Source: Octopus sinensis (Eukaryota). From it: 64,000 nt of DNA. The position numbers and the translations under genes are program-made. Each line of letters begins with the position of its first letter. The first letter of the stretch is position 1. The stretch lies in the NCBI RefSeq assembly GCF_006345805.1, contig NC_042997.1:66464001-66528000 (forward strand), in the 5' to 3' direction. A model generated the notes under the pieces. It saw only the letters and a program-made list of their open reading frames with translations, was not told the DNA's origin and searched no databases. Shown piece after piece: positions 26,247-40,368 of the stretch.

Positions 26247-26558
26247 CATATGCTGGAATCTCCTGTTGAAGACAATGTATGAATGTTCAGTTTTTGCTAA
26301 ATGACCTGCACAAATGATTTCTTTCTAGTGATCAAATGTATGTGCTGTACATTAGCTCACTACCTCCATCAAATGAGCATTGCCTATACAGGTGCACAAG
26401 TGTGTCACATGTCAGATATCAAAATGATCGCAGAGCAACATGAAAGGAAGTGATTTGCTCAAGAACACTAAGTGGCATCTGGTCCAGGAATCGAACCCAC
26501 AATCTAGAAATCTTGTGAGCAACACCCTAACCACTTAACACACACACAGACACATCTA

Positions 26559-26590
<32 letters not shown>

Positions 26591-26594
26591 CATA

Positions 26595-26835
26595 CAGAGA
26601 AAGAGAGGTAAGTAGGTAGGCAGGTAGGTGGGCAAGCAGGTTGACAGGCAGATATGCAGACAGACAGGCAGGTAAGTAGGTAGTATAAGTGTAAGTAGGT
26701 AGATAGGTAGGTAAGGAAGGTAGGTAGGTAGGTAAGGAAGGTAGGTATGTAGGTAGGTAGGTAGGTATGTAGGTAGGTAGGTAGGTAGGTAGGCAGGTAG
26801 GTAGGTAGGTAGGTAGGTAGGTTGATAGGTAGGTA
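26595..26835. repeat. (GGTA)n/(GGCA)n tetranucleotide microsatellite
   Basis: Direct inspection. Confidence 0.95.
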
Positions 26836-27191
26836 GAGAGAGGAAAAAACGTGCAAGTAAGAAACAACCAAATTTTATTATCTTTCCTTTATGCCAACAT
26901 GCTCAATACACATTGCAACAGCAACAAAGAAACAACTTTCATAGCCAAATACCAACTACTTCTAAACCATTGTAGAAGAGAAAGGACAACTAATAAAATT
27001 CTTTCTGCTACACCTGATGCTACTGCTGCTGCTACAACTACAGCTTTGACTACTTTTGTTACTACTACTGTTACAGCTACTACCCCCATCACTCTTATTA
27101 CTTTTAATGACAATTAATACAAGTCAGCACAAATTCTCTTGATTCTAATTAACAACACTTTTTCTTTTATATTTTTCTGGGTGTTGGTTAC

Positions 27192-27234
27192 CTGACAGTT
27201 GTAGTTATCTGAGAACTGAACAAGAGGGAATTCA
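27192..27234 (-). CDS. Candidate downstream exon (43 nt, phase 2-0), not yet linked to the chain
   Basis: Acceptor aatttag|, donor cag|gtaacc; EFPLVQFSDNYNCQ; needs an unseen phase 0-2 exon to join exon 4. Confidence 0.3.
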
Positions 27235-28819
27235 CTAAATTATTTCTTTTGCTTCACATCATTGGCTGGATTAAATGCAATCCTTTGATTGCAAAGTATT
27301 CCAGTATGATAGTTTTCTTTTTATCCAGGCTATTCCACACTTCAGTGTTGTATTTGATCAAATAGATATTACAGCTGATCAAGATACAATTTTGTACTAC
27401 ATATAAGATGAAAAATCAATGGTTTACTCCACACTGTCAATATTGTGCTTTATTTTTGAAGAAAATTCTATATTTTTGTAATAGTTGTTTAGTCCCTGAA
27501 CATTCATGATAAAGTAGATTCCTATGATTTAAAATCATCCCAAGCATAACCGTGCATCTTTTATTCAAACATTGTATATCTAATACTATGTTATCTAATG
27601 TAGTCTAAATTCTCAGCTTAAGATAGTAGGAGATGATTTAAGGAAAGGTAATATTTATCCCCACTTAAACATGGATGATCTGCTGGCACAAACTATACTG
27701 CGGTAGATACCATAAGAAAAACCCTCATATCAACTTTTGGTGCAAAATGCACACCAGTGGGGAGATAAGTCTTTGCCATCCAGCTCCAAGACCACCAGAT
27801 CATGTGATTTCAACCATCCTTGGTCTTATTAATTATAGATGCACAATCACTAGAGATAGGAGCAACTCATCTCCCCAGCCATGCTAGAGCACCCCTTTAG
27901 TCAAGCAAATCGATCCCCGGACTTATTCTTTGTAAGCCTAGTACTTATTCTATCGGTCTCTTTTGCCAAACCGCTAAGTTACAGAAACCTAAACACACCA
28001 ACATTGGTTGTCAAGCAATGTTGGGAGGACAAACACAGACACACAAACATATACACACATGTACATATACATATATATATACATATATACAACGGGCTTC
28101 TTTCAGTTTCCGTCTACCAAATCCACTCACAAGGCTTTGGTCACACCAAGGTTATAGTAGAAGACACTAGCCCATGGTGCTACACAGTGGGACTGAACCC
28201 GGAACCATGCGGTTGGTAAGCAAGCTACTTACCACACAGCCACTCCATTTAAGTGGGAATAAATATTACTTCTCAGTATTAATACTGCCTCTGTCACTAA
28301 TATATATGATTTAAGGAAAATTTAGCTGTTATTTCTGGCTGATTGACTAACCTGGTAGATGTTGGCTCACTGTTGATGTGAATAAGAAATTACATATGTT
28401 TTGCTTTAATGGCAGTATTAAAATTATGGTCATTAGAACTAATGACCATATGGGTCAGTAACTCATTGCCTGAACCTTGCAGCGGTTGTACTATAGAGCC
28501 ATCAACTCTTACGAATGTAAATCTTATTTGAATACATCCAATACAGTTCTTGTTTCAGACTCATTCGCTCTCTTCCACTCTCTTACAAACATACACACAC
28601 ACACACACCTTCCAAACCACCCACACACTTTTTCTTTCGATCATCAATACACAATTTCTCTTCCATACTTCATTGACCTATTTATCACTCATTCATACTC
28701 ATTCATAAGCACACAGTCTCTCTTTTACTCTCTCTCTCTCTTTCTTCCTTTTCGGTCTTTGTCTGTCTCTCTTTTCTATCTATCTATATATTTATCTATC
28801 TATCTATCTATCTAACTAT

Positions 28820-28875
<56 letters not shown>

Positions 28876-29546
28876 CTCTATCTCTCTACTTCTTTAATAT
28901 TCTTATTGCTTTTTTTTTTCTCCCTTTATCATTCTCTCTCTCTCTCTCTTACACACACACACACTGCTAAACCTCCAAAACAGATTATTCAGTATCATAA
29001 AAAGTTATCAGTTTTGGCACAGGTTAGATGTATTGGCCACACTCCTCACACATCCATTACAAGGTTTGATGCCAATAACAATTTATAACAAACATGTTAA
29101 TAAATAATCTAGACTGTATTGTGACAAGCAACGAGATTTCAATTAGTCTTCTAACAAATATAATATTATCTATTATAGACTGGAATCTAGCCATCTGGGA
29201 TCTCATTTTATTCTCCTTTCTACCAACATTTCACCATTTATCAATTTCTTCCTTTCTTTCTTCATAAATGTGAAAATGCAGTAGTCAAGGGGATAAAGTA
29301 CTGAACAACCCAACCATGATGAAGGGAAACAGAAGACTCCCAAGAAACTAATGGTAGTTTCAATGGTGTCTGTCTTTACAGCATGGGCATGTTAGGTAGG
29401 TGTCCAGCGAATGAACACTTTCTGATTTTGTTGAAAGAAAATTAGTTAGATTCTGGATTGAATATAGAGTATGGATCAATTGGTTTTGTATCATTGATGT
29501 GATCAAACAGATAACAAAGGGAGACTGGTACTGGTCCATGTCAACA

Positions 29547-29652
29547 AGTCTTCTTCTTCTTCTTCTTCTTCTTCTTCTTCTTCTTCTTCTTCTTCTCCTC
29601 CTCCTCCTCCTCCTCCTTCTTCTTCTTCTTCTTCTTCTTCTTCTTCTTCTTC
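29547..29652. repeat. (CTT)n(CCT)n(CTT)n microsatellite
   Basis: Direct inspection. Confidence 0.95.
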
Positions 29653-29705
29653 AACATGCACACACACACATATATATATATATGTATATATATATATCAT
29701 ATATA

Positions 29706-30810
29706 TCATCATTATCATTATTGAATGGCCATTGACTATGCTGGCATGGGTTGGACAATTTCACCAGGGCTGGTAAGCTGTGGGGCTACACCAGACTCCA
29801 GTCTAATTTGGTATGGTTTCTATGGCTGGATGCCCTTCCTAACGCCAACTACTCTGAGAGTGTAACGGATATTTTTGTGTGCTACCAGGATAGGTACCAG
29901 CCAGTATCTGCCGTGACTATGATTTTGCTTGGCTTCATGGGTCTTCTTCTCATGTACAACATCTATCGTTGCCTCTGTGAGGCTCAACGCTTGAAAAATG
30001 CTTTTTACATGCCAGTGGCATGGGTGCTAGTTACATGACACTGGCATCAGCCACATTGCCTCTGTGAGGTCCAACACTCAAAAGGTGCTTTTTACATGCC
30101 ACTAGCATGGGTAACATTTATGTGATACCGACAGCAGCCACAACCATGGTTTCACTTAGCTTGACGGGTCTTCTCAAGTACAGCATATTACCAAAGGTCC
30201 TGGTCACTAGTCATTGCCTCCATGAGGCCCAACATTTGAAGATCATGTTTCACCACCTCATCCCATACCTTCGTGGGACTCCCTCTTCCACAAGTCCTCC
30301 CCACAGTTAGAGACCGGCACGTCTTTACACTGCTGTCCTCGTCCATATGCATCACATGTCTATACTAGTGCAGTCGTCTCTCTTGCATACCACATCTGAT
30401 GCCTCTTATACCCAACTTTTCTCTCAAGATGCTTACACTCTGCCATACATACACACTGACATTGCACATCTAGTAAAGCATGCTAGCTTTATTTCTTTCA
30501 AGTTTATGCATGTCCTTGGTGGTCACAGCCCATGTTTCACTCCTATGTAGCACAGTTGTTTTCACACAGGCATCATACAGTCTGCCTTCACTTTGAGGGA
30601 GAGGCCCTTTGTTGACATCAGAGGTAGGAGCCCTCTGAATTTTGCCCATCCTATTCTTATTCTCACAGCTATGCTCTCGGAGCATCCACCTTCACTACTG
30701 GCTTGGTCACTGAGATAACAGAAGCTACCAACTACTTCTAGCTTTCCTCCCTTGCATTTGATGGAGTCTATTTTCTGTATGTTTTTAGTGTTAATTGTTC
30801 CTGTGCACCT
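29706..30810 (-). mobile_element. Longest family D RTE-like LINE 3' fragment
   Basis: LEVVGSFCYLSD...RIRIGWAKFRGLLPL and GRLYDACVKTTVLHRSETW, then the UTR and tail. Confidence 0.85.
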
Positions 30811-30859
30811 TCCATACACATAAAAATTCAGTTCTATATTTAAGAGATGAGGAATTATG

Positions 30860-31094
30860 TACATTATTTACATTCGACAGATATTTGTCCTCATCTTGTT
30901 TTTTTTTTGTTGTTGTTGTTGTTTTTGCTGTTCAGGTCGCTGCTTGGAATCGAACTCGGAATCTTGGGGTTAGTAGCCCGTGCTCTTAACCACTACGCCA
31001 TATGCCCATGTTAACAACAAACAAGATGAGGACAAGTATCCGTTGAATGAAAATAATGTAAATAATACACAAAAAATTGTGTATTATTTACATT
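30860..31094 (-). mobile_element. tRNA-like head (30935-31007) enclosed by 42-bp inverted repeats
   Basis: Minus strand gggcatatggcgtagtggttaagagc...gagttcgattcc; arms 30860-30901 and 31019-31060 (4 mismatches); extra 18-bp hairpin at 31055-31094. Confidence 0.75.
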
Positions 31095-32789
31095 GTGTCC
31101 TGACCAAGGGAGACCATCACTGATCATTGTCCATGCAAAATGCCAGCAATGCCCATTCAACTTCACCTAGGTTTGCATCTGCAGCTTCCATGCTTGCCAT
31201 GGCATCCTCCTACTTGACCAAGCATCAGACAGTCACCTTACTGACAATTGCACAAACTAAAATTTTAGGTCCAATAAGGCTTGCACAGCACCTCACAGAC
31301 CCTATTCACATGATCCAGAGAGAAGCCAGGGCAAGATATCCAGTGCCAATATAGGCTACATGTTCAAATATGTGGAAGAGCTATGATCTCAAGCACATGT
31401 AAAAGATCTCCAAAATGTTTAATGCCATTCCCTGCATATCTTGTTCTGCAGCAGAGTGATCTTCTTTTAGAGATATGCTTTAACAAAAGTTAAGTTATCT
31501 TCCAACATGCCAGACACTAACCTGTAATTTCTGAAGGCTCTTGCTACTGCTACTAGATAGTAGATGGAAGGGTCTTGTTTGAAACCCTGTTGGGTTTCTA
31601 GCAATCCACCTCACCTAGCAAGCCTAAGGGGCAGGGGTGCTGGTTTAGTCACCAACGATCCAACCATGCAACAGGTTGTACTGGATTCCATGTTACCCGT
31701 AGCACTCATGAGAGATCACACAAGTAACCTGACATGTGTATGTATGTGTGTGTGTATGTATGTATGTAAGTATGTATGTACATACATACGCACACATGTA
31801 TGTGTGCCTGTATGCATGTATGTATGTATGTATGTATGTATGTATGTATGTATGTATGTATGTTAGAATAAGTACCAGAAAGTAAGCTCTGAGTTTGATT
31901 TGTCTGACTAAACCTTTCAAGGTGATGCTGCAGCTTGGCCACAAACCAATGACTGATAAAAAAAGATAAGATAAAAAGGTAAGATATACTTTCTGTCAGG
32001 AATTGCAATCAATAATTAATATCAGCAATAGGTAAAAATAAAAGCTAATGGACACATGTTTCCTTGCTTTGATTTGAAGATCAACAGTGACAAGATGTGA
32101 TAAATCAGGATTTCAAATTGACTGCAGACATTTCACAGTGATAAGACATTTATTACAAAATATGTGATAATCTATTGCTATTCTCTTGCCTTTGATGTCT
32201 CTCTCTCTCTCTCTCACTCACTCCTTCTTTCACCCTCTCTCCTTCTCTCTTTCTTTCTCTCTCTTGCTCTCTCCCTCTGACTGGGCAACCATGTATCTTC
32301 TCTAGAGCAAGACACCTGTTTCTGCCCCTCTGTCACACTCAAACCTCTCATCACCTGGCACAAAGCTATCTCCTCCAATCCCCTGCCCTCTCAAAGAATC
32401 TTTGTCTTGTGAGTTACTTGGTGACCTCGCCAGTGCTGATGCCATGTAAAAAGTATTCAATCCACTCTGTAAGGTGGTTGGTGCTAGGAAGGGCATCGAG
32501 CTGTAAAAAACAGACCTTGTCAGTATTGGTGCTACATAAAAAGCACTCAGGCCACTCTGTAAGGTGGTTGGCATTAGGAAGGGCATCCAGCCAAAGGAAC
32601 CAAGTCAAAATAGACCTCACCAGTGCTGGTGCCACGTATAAAGTACTCAGTCCACTCTGTAAAGTGGTTAACATTAGGAAGGGCATCCAGCCATAAAAAC
32701 CATGTCAAAACAGAAAAATGCAGTCTAGTGAAGTCTTCTGGCTGGCCAGCTCCTGTCAAGCCATCCAACCATGCATGGAAAATGCACTG

Positions 32790-33070
32790 TTCCAAAGGTC
32801 CCAGCTACCCTGTACTGAAAAAGCTTGTGATTCAAGGGCCCACAGCAACTTAAAGTCTTGCCAAAACATCTGAGGGATCTTCATTGAGTAACAGTAGATG
32901 TTTTCAAGAAACAGCTTGACTTCCTGCTGTCCAAGGTTCCAGATGACCCTACATCACTGAAAGAAACTCAAAAGAGGGCAGCAGCATTGACCTCCCTCTA
33001 CCAAAAGTCAATCACATGACATTGGCTATTGTAAAGATGATTATACCAGCTGTGCTCTAGCATGGTTACA
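32790..33070 (+). mobile_element. CR1/L2-type LINE 3' end
   Basis: FKGPQ...LPKHLRDLH*VTVDVFKKQLDFLLSKVPDDP. Confidence 0.65.
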
Positions 33071-33319
33071 GCCTTTGTACTGAAGTATATAAAAGAATAA
33101 AATGTTTGCTAAGTGTCCAAGTAGTAAACCATGTAATACCACTGATTCCACAGTGGCACAGAAGAAACTTCTTTCAAGATCATCTGATAGTGATAACTTC
33201 TATATGACACTGAGGCCAACAAAAACTGCCTAAGCTGTTGCAATGAATTTTTACATACTTTGTTGCTGATGCAATGTTACTTCCCAACTACATATATAAA
33301 ATTTTAGACAGTGCCATAA

Positions 33320-34070
33320 ATCACTACTGCAGTGATACCTGGGGATTATGAAGAATGTATTGTGGTTAAGTATATCCTCAAATATTCAACTGACTTCAAC
33401 AAAAGAAAAGACTTTAAAGCCATGTACAAATTACTGCTTCTCTCCTTTCTAAAGATGGCCTCAACTTGATTAATAATACTGAAGGTATTCTTATAGGATG
33501 GACAGGATAATTCACAAGCCTTTTTCACAACACATTTACAATGGATGAAATTGTCAGAGACATTCCACCGAGCCATGGTATTAAGGAAAGGAATAGTAAT
33601 ACCTTCATAGAGAAAGTAATAATTGCCATTAAACAGATCAACTCAGAAAAGACTCCAAGAATTGATAGTACGAGCTGAGTTTATTGAGCACGATGGAAAT
33701 AAAATGGCTGATCACACAATCACAATGATTGTCAATGGCTAGAATGCTTCACTATTCGTACAAGACTGAAAAAATACAATACTAATTTCATTGCAGAGAG
33801 GAAGGGGTGTCAAACCAATCTGTGGTAACTTTTGTTGTATTTCCTTACTAGTAACTCTTGGTAAGATATTCACTGAACTCTTATTGACCTATTTGGAGAC
33901 CTATCTTCTATCATTGTCCCAGAGTCTTAAAGAGAATTCAGATTTGGTAGAGAAACTACAGATAGTATTTTTAGTGTCAAACAATTGTAAGATAAGCACA
34001 TAAAGCAAGGACCAGCCTTTTGTCAAGTTGTAGTTGCTAAACAGCAGATTCAGTCACAGTGAATAGAAAT
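33320..34070 (+). mobile_element. RTE-type reverse transcriptase remnant
   Basis: Frameshifted ...ICGNF..ISLLVTLGKIF... and PES..EFRFGRETTDSIF...QL*DK, matching the RTE RT N-terminal region. Confidence 0.65.
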
Positions 34071-35849
34071 GCATTCCAATATTTTTAAAAATACAAGAAA
34101 ACTGTTTATATTTTGTTTTGCATTTGGTGTACAAGTCAATGTGTGTATTTTAGATTTAGAACAGATACATCATGTTCCTCTGTATCAGGAGGAAGTGACT
34201 TAAAAGGTTGGTGATAAGAAGGGCATTTAGTTATTCAACACTGCCCCAGAAAATCTACCTAACCCATATCAAGGCAGAAAAAAATAACATAAAATAATGT
34301 TGGTGCAAGCCTTATAGCTATGTGATTAATCATTTTTGACATTTAATTCCGAATTAAATTATAAAAAAATTTAATCTTTCAAAATGTATCAACTGTTTAT
34401 GAGACAGACTTGATATTAGCGTGGTTATGTATAAACCAGCAGCTGGCGAAGATCTTTATCTCAACACTATTTGCTTTTACTGTTAACATAGATTTATACA
34501 AATTTTTGATATTTTTCTGTTCTAATTACTGTAGTTTCAAAGCATTTTAGTTCAATGTTGATACTGGTATTTTCAACATTTGGTTTAAACTTGGATTTTA
34601 CATTTTCCATGGCATTCACATAGTCTTTTAAAAATGAAAATTTTTTCATTTTCAGCATGGTCATGCTGAGCCAGCTTCATCACACTTAGCCATTATTTCT
34701 TTGTCTTTGAAGTTCTGTGATTCATTAAATAATCTTTCAAATTTTTGCACTCTGAACTTAATAATACATGCTATTTGTAGCAGGAGAAATAGTATCATTT
34801 TGCAACAATTCTGCATTATGGAGAAACAATGTAAAAGTAACTTCATTTTGTCTTTTTGAATTTTTTTTTTCTAAAAAATGCAGATATAATTCAGTGATAA
34901 CAAAATTCTTTTTATTCCTTGGATTTAAGAGAATAGATATAACTACCTCTGCAAAACAAAAAGTCTCAAAACCTCTTGAATGCATCTTGTGTTTCAGCAG
35001 TTTGAGTTATATTAAGTGACCTCCTCAATTTAGTAAGGATGACTCCCAACCTCAGTGAACATAATATTGGTTTCAAATTTTGGTCCAAGGCCAGCAAGTT
35101 CATGGGAGGGGGTAAGTTGATGACATCAATCCCTGTGCTTGACTGGTACGTATTTTATTGACCCCAGAAGGATATAAGGCAAAATTAGCCTTGTCAGAAT
35201 TTGAATTCAGAATGTAAAGATGGACAAAACACCAGAAAGCATTTTGCCCAGTGTGCTAACGATCCTGTCAGGTCACTGCCTTCCAATGAACATTAATATT
35301 AATACAATTTAAGGTGGTATTCTGGCAGAATTGTCAACATGCCTGACAAAATGCTTCATGGTATTTTGTCTGTCTTTACATTCTGAATTCAAATTCTGAT
35401 GAGGTTGACTTTGCCTTTCATCATTTCAAGGTCGATAAAATAAGTACCAGTTGAACTCTGAGGTTGATGTAATTAAATTACCTGCTCCCCAAAAATTACT
35501 GACCTTGTACCAAAATTTGAAACCAATATCAATACATCTCCTCTTTCACAATAATATATCTTCATCCCATGCTAAAGAAAATCTAACTTCTAAATTAACT
35601 TGATTCTGTGAAAAAGAACACAATTTGACTTTCTTTTCAACAACATAGTCATACACTACTCTCTTAACATTCGAAGCATTCATGAAAGCAGTGTTGCCAA
35701 ATGAAAATTATAATTTAATGCTAGATTTCTACTTAAAAAAGAAAAAAAAAAGAATATGGTTAGAAATGCCAAATAAGAGAAAGTCATGCTAGTTACTTAT
35801 TTATTTTTAAAAACATCATAGAAATTAAACTTTTGCTAGCATAACTTCT

Positions 35850-36588
35850 AAATCATTGAACGCTTCAGCATTGCTACTTTATTTCTAAATTAGATATCTG
35901 TCCATTGAACCAATTTTATTTAGTGTTTGCTTCAGGTACACAATAATCTTTGCAACATTTATCATGTCGTTTCAGGTCATATTTTACAGAGAGAACAGCT
36001 CCAAGTATTGAAAGTCACATTTTTATTTCTCCATTTTGTTTTTGATAACATTCATGCTACAGAATAATCTTTCCAACTCAGCATTTGAATTAGGTAATAT
36101 TAAAAGATTAAGAGCAAATGCTGCAACATCTCTAAAGGAATTTCTTCTAGTGGTAACTTTGTCATAAAATATTTCTGTCCAGAATTTTTCAGTATTAACA
36201 GTGGTGGTCCATTTAAGCAAATGAATATTATCAACTTGCAATTCAACACTTATAAATCTGAATTCATTGATTTCAAAAGAGAAACAAATAGATTCTTTAC
36301 GTGTCTCAAAATATTTTCTACAGTAAAAGACACCATTTCATGAGTTTCAATAATTCAAAGTTCTCTGGTATTCATTGCTTGAATACCATATCTTAATATT
36401 TTTCTTTTGTTGGTTGTTCTCTTCTTGAACATCATTTCTACTATTTTCTCTTAAACCTGTTGCCAAGATTAGTCAGGATTCAAAAATTTTCACCATTAAA
36501 ATTTGGATCAAGAGTATCTATTCTGCTTGCTAATGGTACTAAAATATTTGCAATATTCACAATCATTCTGTTTGCAACAGAATGATTG
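35850..36588 (-). mobile_element. hAT-like transposase 3' remnant (copy 1)
   Basis: ORF 36023-36241 FRDVAAFALNLLILPNSNAELERLFCSMNVIKNK resembles the hAT C-terminal dimerisation motif. Confidence 0.55.
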
Positions 36589-36752
36589 TGAGATGTGTGG
36601 TTGTGTGGTAAGAAGCTTGTTTCCCAACTACATTGTTCCAGGGTCAGTCCCACTGCATGGTACTTTGGGAGCAAGTGTCTTTTGCAATAGCCTCAAGCCA
36701 ACCAAAGCCTTGTGAGCAGATTTGGTAGACTGAAACTGAAAGAAGCCAACCA

Positions 36753-36785
<33 letters not shown>

Positions 36786-37761
36786 TTGTGTGTGTGTGTA
36801 TGTGAGAGCGAGAGAGAGTATCTTTGTGTGTGTTTGTCCTCCTCTGCCACTTGACAACTGGTATTGGTGTGTTTACATCCCCATAATCTAGCAGTTTGGC
36901 AAAAGAGACTGATAGAATGAGTACCAAGCTTAACAAAAAGTTCTGGGATCAATTCATTCAACTAAAAATTCTTCACGGTGGTGCCCCAACATAGCCACAT
37001 AATAAGGAATGAAACAAGTAAAGAATAAAAGATGAAAGATGCTTTAAAATTGGATGTAATACAGTAGAACATATTCTTACAGAACAATATAACAACTAAA
37101 CAATTATCTCTTGTACTCATTTTTATAGTGAATTCAAACCACTGATTCAAAACTTCTATCCACAATAGATTCAATTGGTAATACAGTTGTTTAAACCTTT
37201 AATGTTCAGATTACTCTGTCAAATGTAATGCTTATTTCTTCACATTGCTTTTAATTAATCCTGAATTATGCCATATCTTTCAGATTTGGATGATGTGATT
37301 GTTTATTTTTAGTATGACACTGTAGGGTAAATGACAGAGGTCAGATCTGGCCAGTTTGAACATGAAACAGGTAGAATATTTGGTTTGGACATGGCTAATT
37401 TGAATGCTAACCGGTTAAAACCTGAAACACTTAACTGGTTATAAGTTGTTTGTTTTAATGAAGAGTAAGAAAATTCCCGAAAAGTTTCTACTACCAAAAG
37501 TTTGAAGTTTCCAGTGAGACATTCTGCATGATGATGCTATACTCTCTCTTTACTCTTTTACTTGTTTCAGTCATTTGACTGTGGCCATGCTGGAGTACCG
37601 CCTTTAGTCGAACACATCGACCCCAGGACTTATACTTTGTAAGCCTAGTACTTATTCTATCGGTCTCTTTCGCCGAACCGCTAGGTTACGGAGATGTAAA
37701 CACACCAGCATCGGTTGTCAAGCGATGGTGGGGGGACAAACACAGACACACAAACATATAC

Positions 37762-37808
<47 letters not shown>

Positions 37809-38619
37809 TATATATGATGGGCTTCTTTCAGTTTCCGTCTACCAAATCCACTCACAAGGCTTTGGTCGGCCCGGGGCTATAATAGAAGACACTTGCCCAA
37901 GGTGCCATGCAGTGGGACTGAACCCGGAACCATATGGTTTGTAAGCAAGCTACTTACCACACAGCCACTCCTGTGCCTACAAAAAATTGATAATTTCATT
38001 AAAAAATGACTCACTCACACACATCTACACAGAAATAAGAATGAGACTCCTTTTAATTTCAGATAGTCATGGTTATCTAATATAACACTGGCATGGTAAC
38101 TCCAATGCCATATAGATTTTCAATTTCTAATTTCTTTTTTTTTTTTGTAAAATTCCTGTAAATTTTGATTACAACACACTTTGGTAAAAGTATGAAGTTA
38201 AGGTAAGTATTCTTTTATTTTTTTTACTTGTTTCAGTCATTTTGACTGTGGTCATGCAGGAACACTGCTTTAAAGGATTTTAGTTGAAGAAATTGACCCC
38301 CAAGACTTCGTCTATGTAAGCCTAGTACTTATTTTATTGGTCTATTTTGCTGAACTGCTAAGTTACAGGGACCCTAAACACACCAACATCGGTTGTCAAG
38401 TGATGGTAGGGGGACAAACACACACATACACATGACAGGCTTCTTTCAGTTTCTGTCTACCAAATCTATTCACAAGGCTTTGGTTGGCCTGAGGCTATAG
38501 TAGAAGACACTTGTCACACAAGTGCCACACAGTGGGACTGAACCCAGGACCATGTAGTTGGGAAGCAAGCTTCTTACTACATTCACAACTTTTTTTTATA
38601 ATTATTGACTGCTGTATCA

Positions 38620-39300
38620 TTACATTCACCTTAATGGAAAACAAAATTTTCTAGTTTCTTTCAGCATCAGAAATCAGTTCTTCATCAAAGTGTATAGAAA
38701 ATACATTCTTTACAATATTTGCCCCTTTGATACAATATAACCAACTTCATTTTTGAACAGATTCACAAATCTACAAAAATATAAAATGAATTCCTAAATT
38801 AGTTTCAAGCATCAAGGTTTAATCATATTTTCTCCATCTTGCTCACATATGAAGCTCACATGGTCCTGAATTCCTTATTAGTTCCATGATTTTCAAAAAT
38901 TCAAAGTTCTGTGGTATTCATTGCCTAAATACCAGATCTTCATTTTTTTTTTGTTGGTTTTTCTCTTCTTTTTGGTCATCGTTTCTACAATTTTCTCTTA
39001 AAATTGTTGCCAAGATTAGCAAAGATTAAAAATTTTCATCATTAAAATTAGGATCAAGAGTATCTATTCTGTTTGCTGATGGTACTAAGACATTTTGCGA
39101 TATTTGTAATCATTCTGCTTGCAACAGAATGATTCAAAAAGTTTATTAAATTTTTGGACATACATGGCTGCGTGGATGTTTTTTTATTTTTTATTTTTTT
39201 TATTTAGTAGAGGATGTAAAAATTTGCTGTCTCATTGATTTCTCTCCATTCAACTTTTCTTCTCTAGAAAGACTGTATTAAAAACATTGGATTTTCCACT
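38620..39300 (-). mobile_element. hAT-like transposase remnant (copy 2)
   Basis: 38903-39134 aligns by eye (~80%) to 36355-36588 in the same orientation. Confidence 0.5.
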
Positions 39301-40049
39301 CCTCACTGGAAGTTCAATATGCTCTTGTTATCAATTTTAGTCTAATATTTATGCATAAATATGTATTATATATGCACATACACATACACACACATACATA
39401 CACAGATACATACACAGATACATGTGCTCACACCACACACACATACACACCACACACACACTTGATGCTAAAATATACCCCCTATCACAAATCTGAAATA
39501 AAAGCTAGTTTTCCTACTAAACGTTTTGGCTAAATTAAAAAAAAATTAATCAAACATTGAAAATGTCAAATTAGCTACACAGCATAGAAAAAGTTGTGTC
39601 ATAACTGAATTCTTTAAATTGTATGAATGAATGAATAGAAATCTGGTTAAAATTAAAACCAACTTTGTTGGCTAATTTCATAACATCTGCAACATTTTTT
39701 CCCCAAAAGTTCTTCTACTGTTATTTGTTTTTTTATTATTTTTATTTGTTTTTAGCTTTGATTTTACTCATTCCCTTCACATTATTCTACATCATGAATG
39801 TCTTTTGAGAGAGTAGCAAAATCATGCAGACAATATCTTTGTTTCACCTCTGTTGCTTGTGTTACTTTGACCAATTAGAATTTATAGGTCATAAACTTGT
39901 AGTTGTGTTATAGTTAATATGTTGAATAATATTAATAAAAAAAAGAACTATCTTCAATAATGTTTATTAATAACACTAAACATTTTTTATATACATAATG
40001 TAGAATTTTACAATTTTTCTTTCTGTATCTGTAGCTATTGTTATTTTCC

Positions 40050-40368
40050 TCTCAAACACTGAAGTTCTCAGAGGAGCTCTGCTGTGCAGCCTGTGGGAGA
40101 TTGTGGCAGAAAATAGAGTGAGACTTGCAGATCATGTTTTCTGACTTCCAGAAGAACAAATACCTAATGGGTACCACCAATGGGTATCCCCAATGGATGA
40201 AGAGAGAGAAACCCAAAAAGATATAACATGCCACCATCAAAGAAGATCTGAAGCAACATCACTTCACCTGGGAAAATGCTGGTGACAATGCTTAGAATTG
40301 GGATCATTGGAAACAGCTTACTACCCGATATACAAGTCAACTCTATGGGAGGAACTAAGACAAATGTG
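40050..40368 (+). mobile_element. RTE-type LINE 3' end
   Basis: SNTEVLR...SLWEIVAENRVRLADHVF...TIKEDLKQHHFTWE...WKQL. Confidence 0.65.

Noticed and set aside
28425-28450. 12-bp perfect hairpin (tatggtcattag-aa-ctaatgaccata)
   Set aside because: Too short to distinguish from background in an AT-rich, MITE-rich genome.
30935-31007. Functional tRNA gene
   Set aside because: Poor acceptor-stem pairing, atypical ACT anticodon and embedding in a repeat; treated as SINE-type head.
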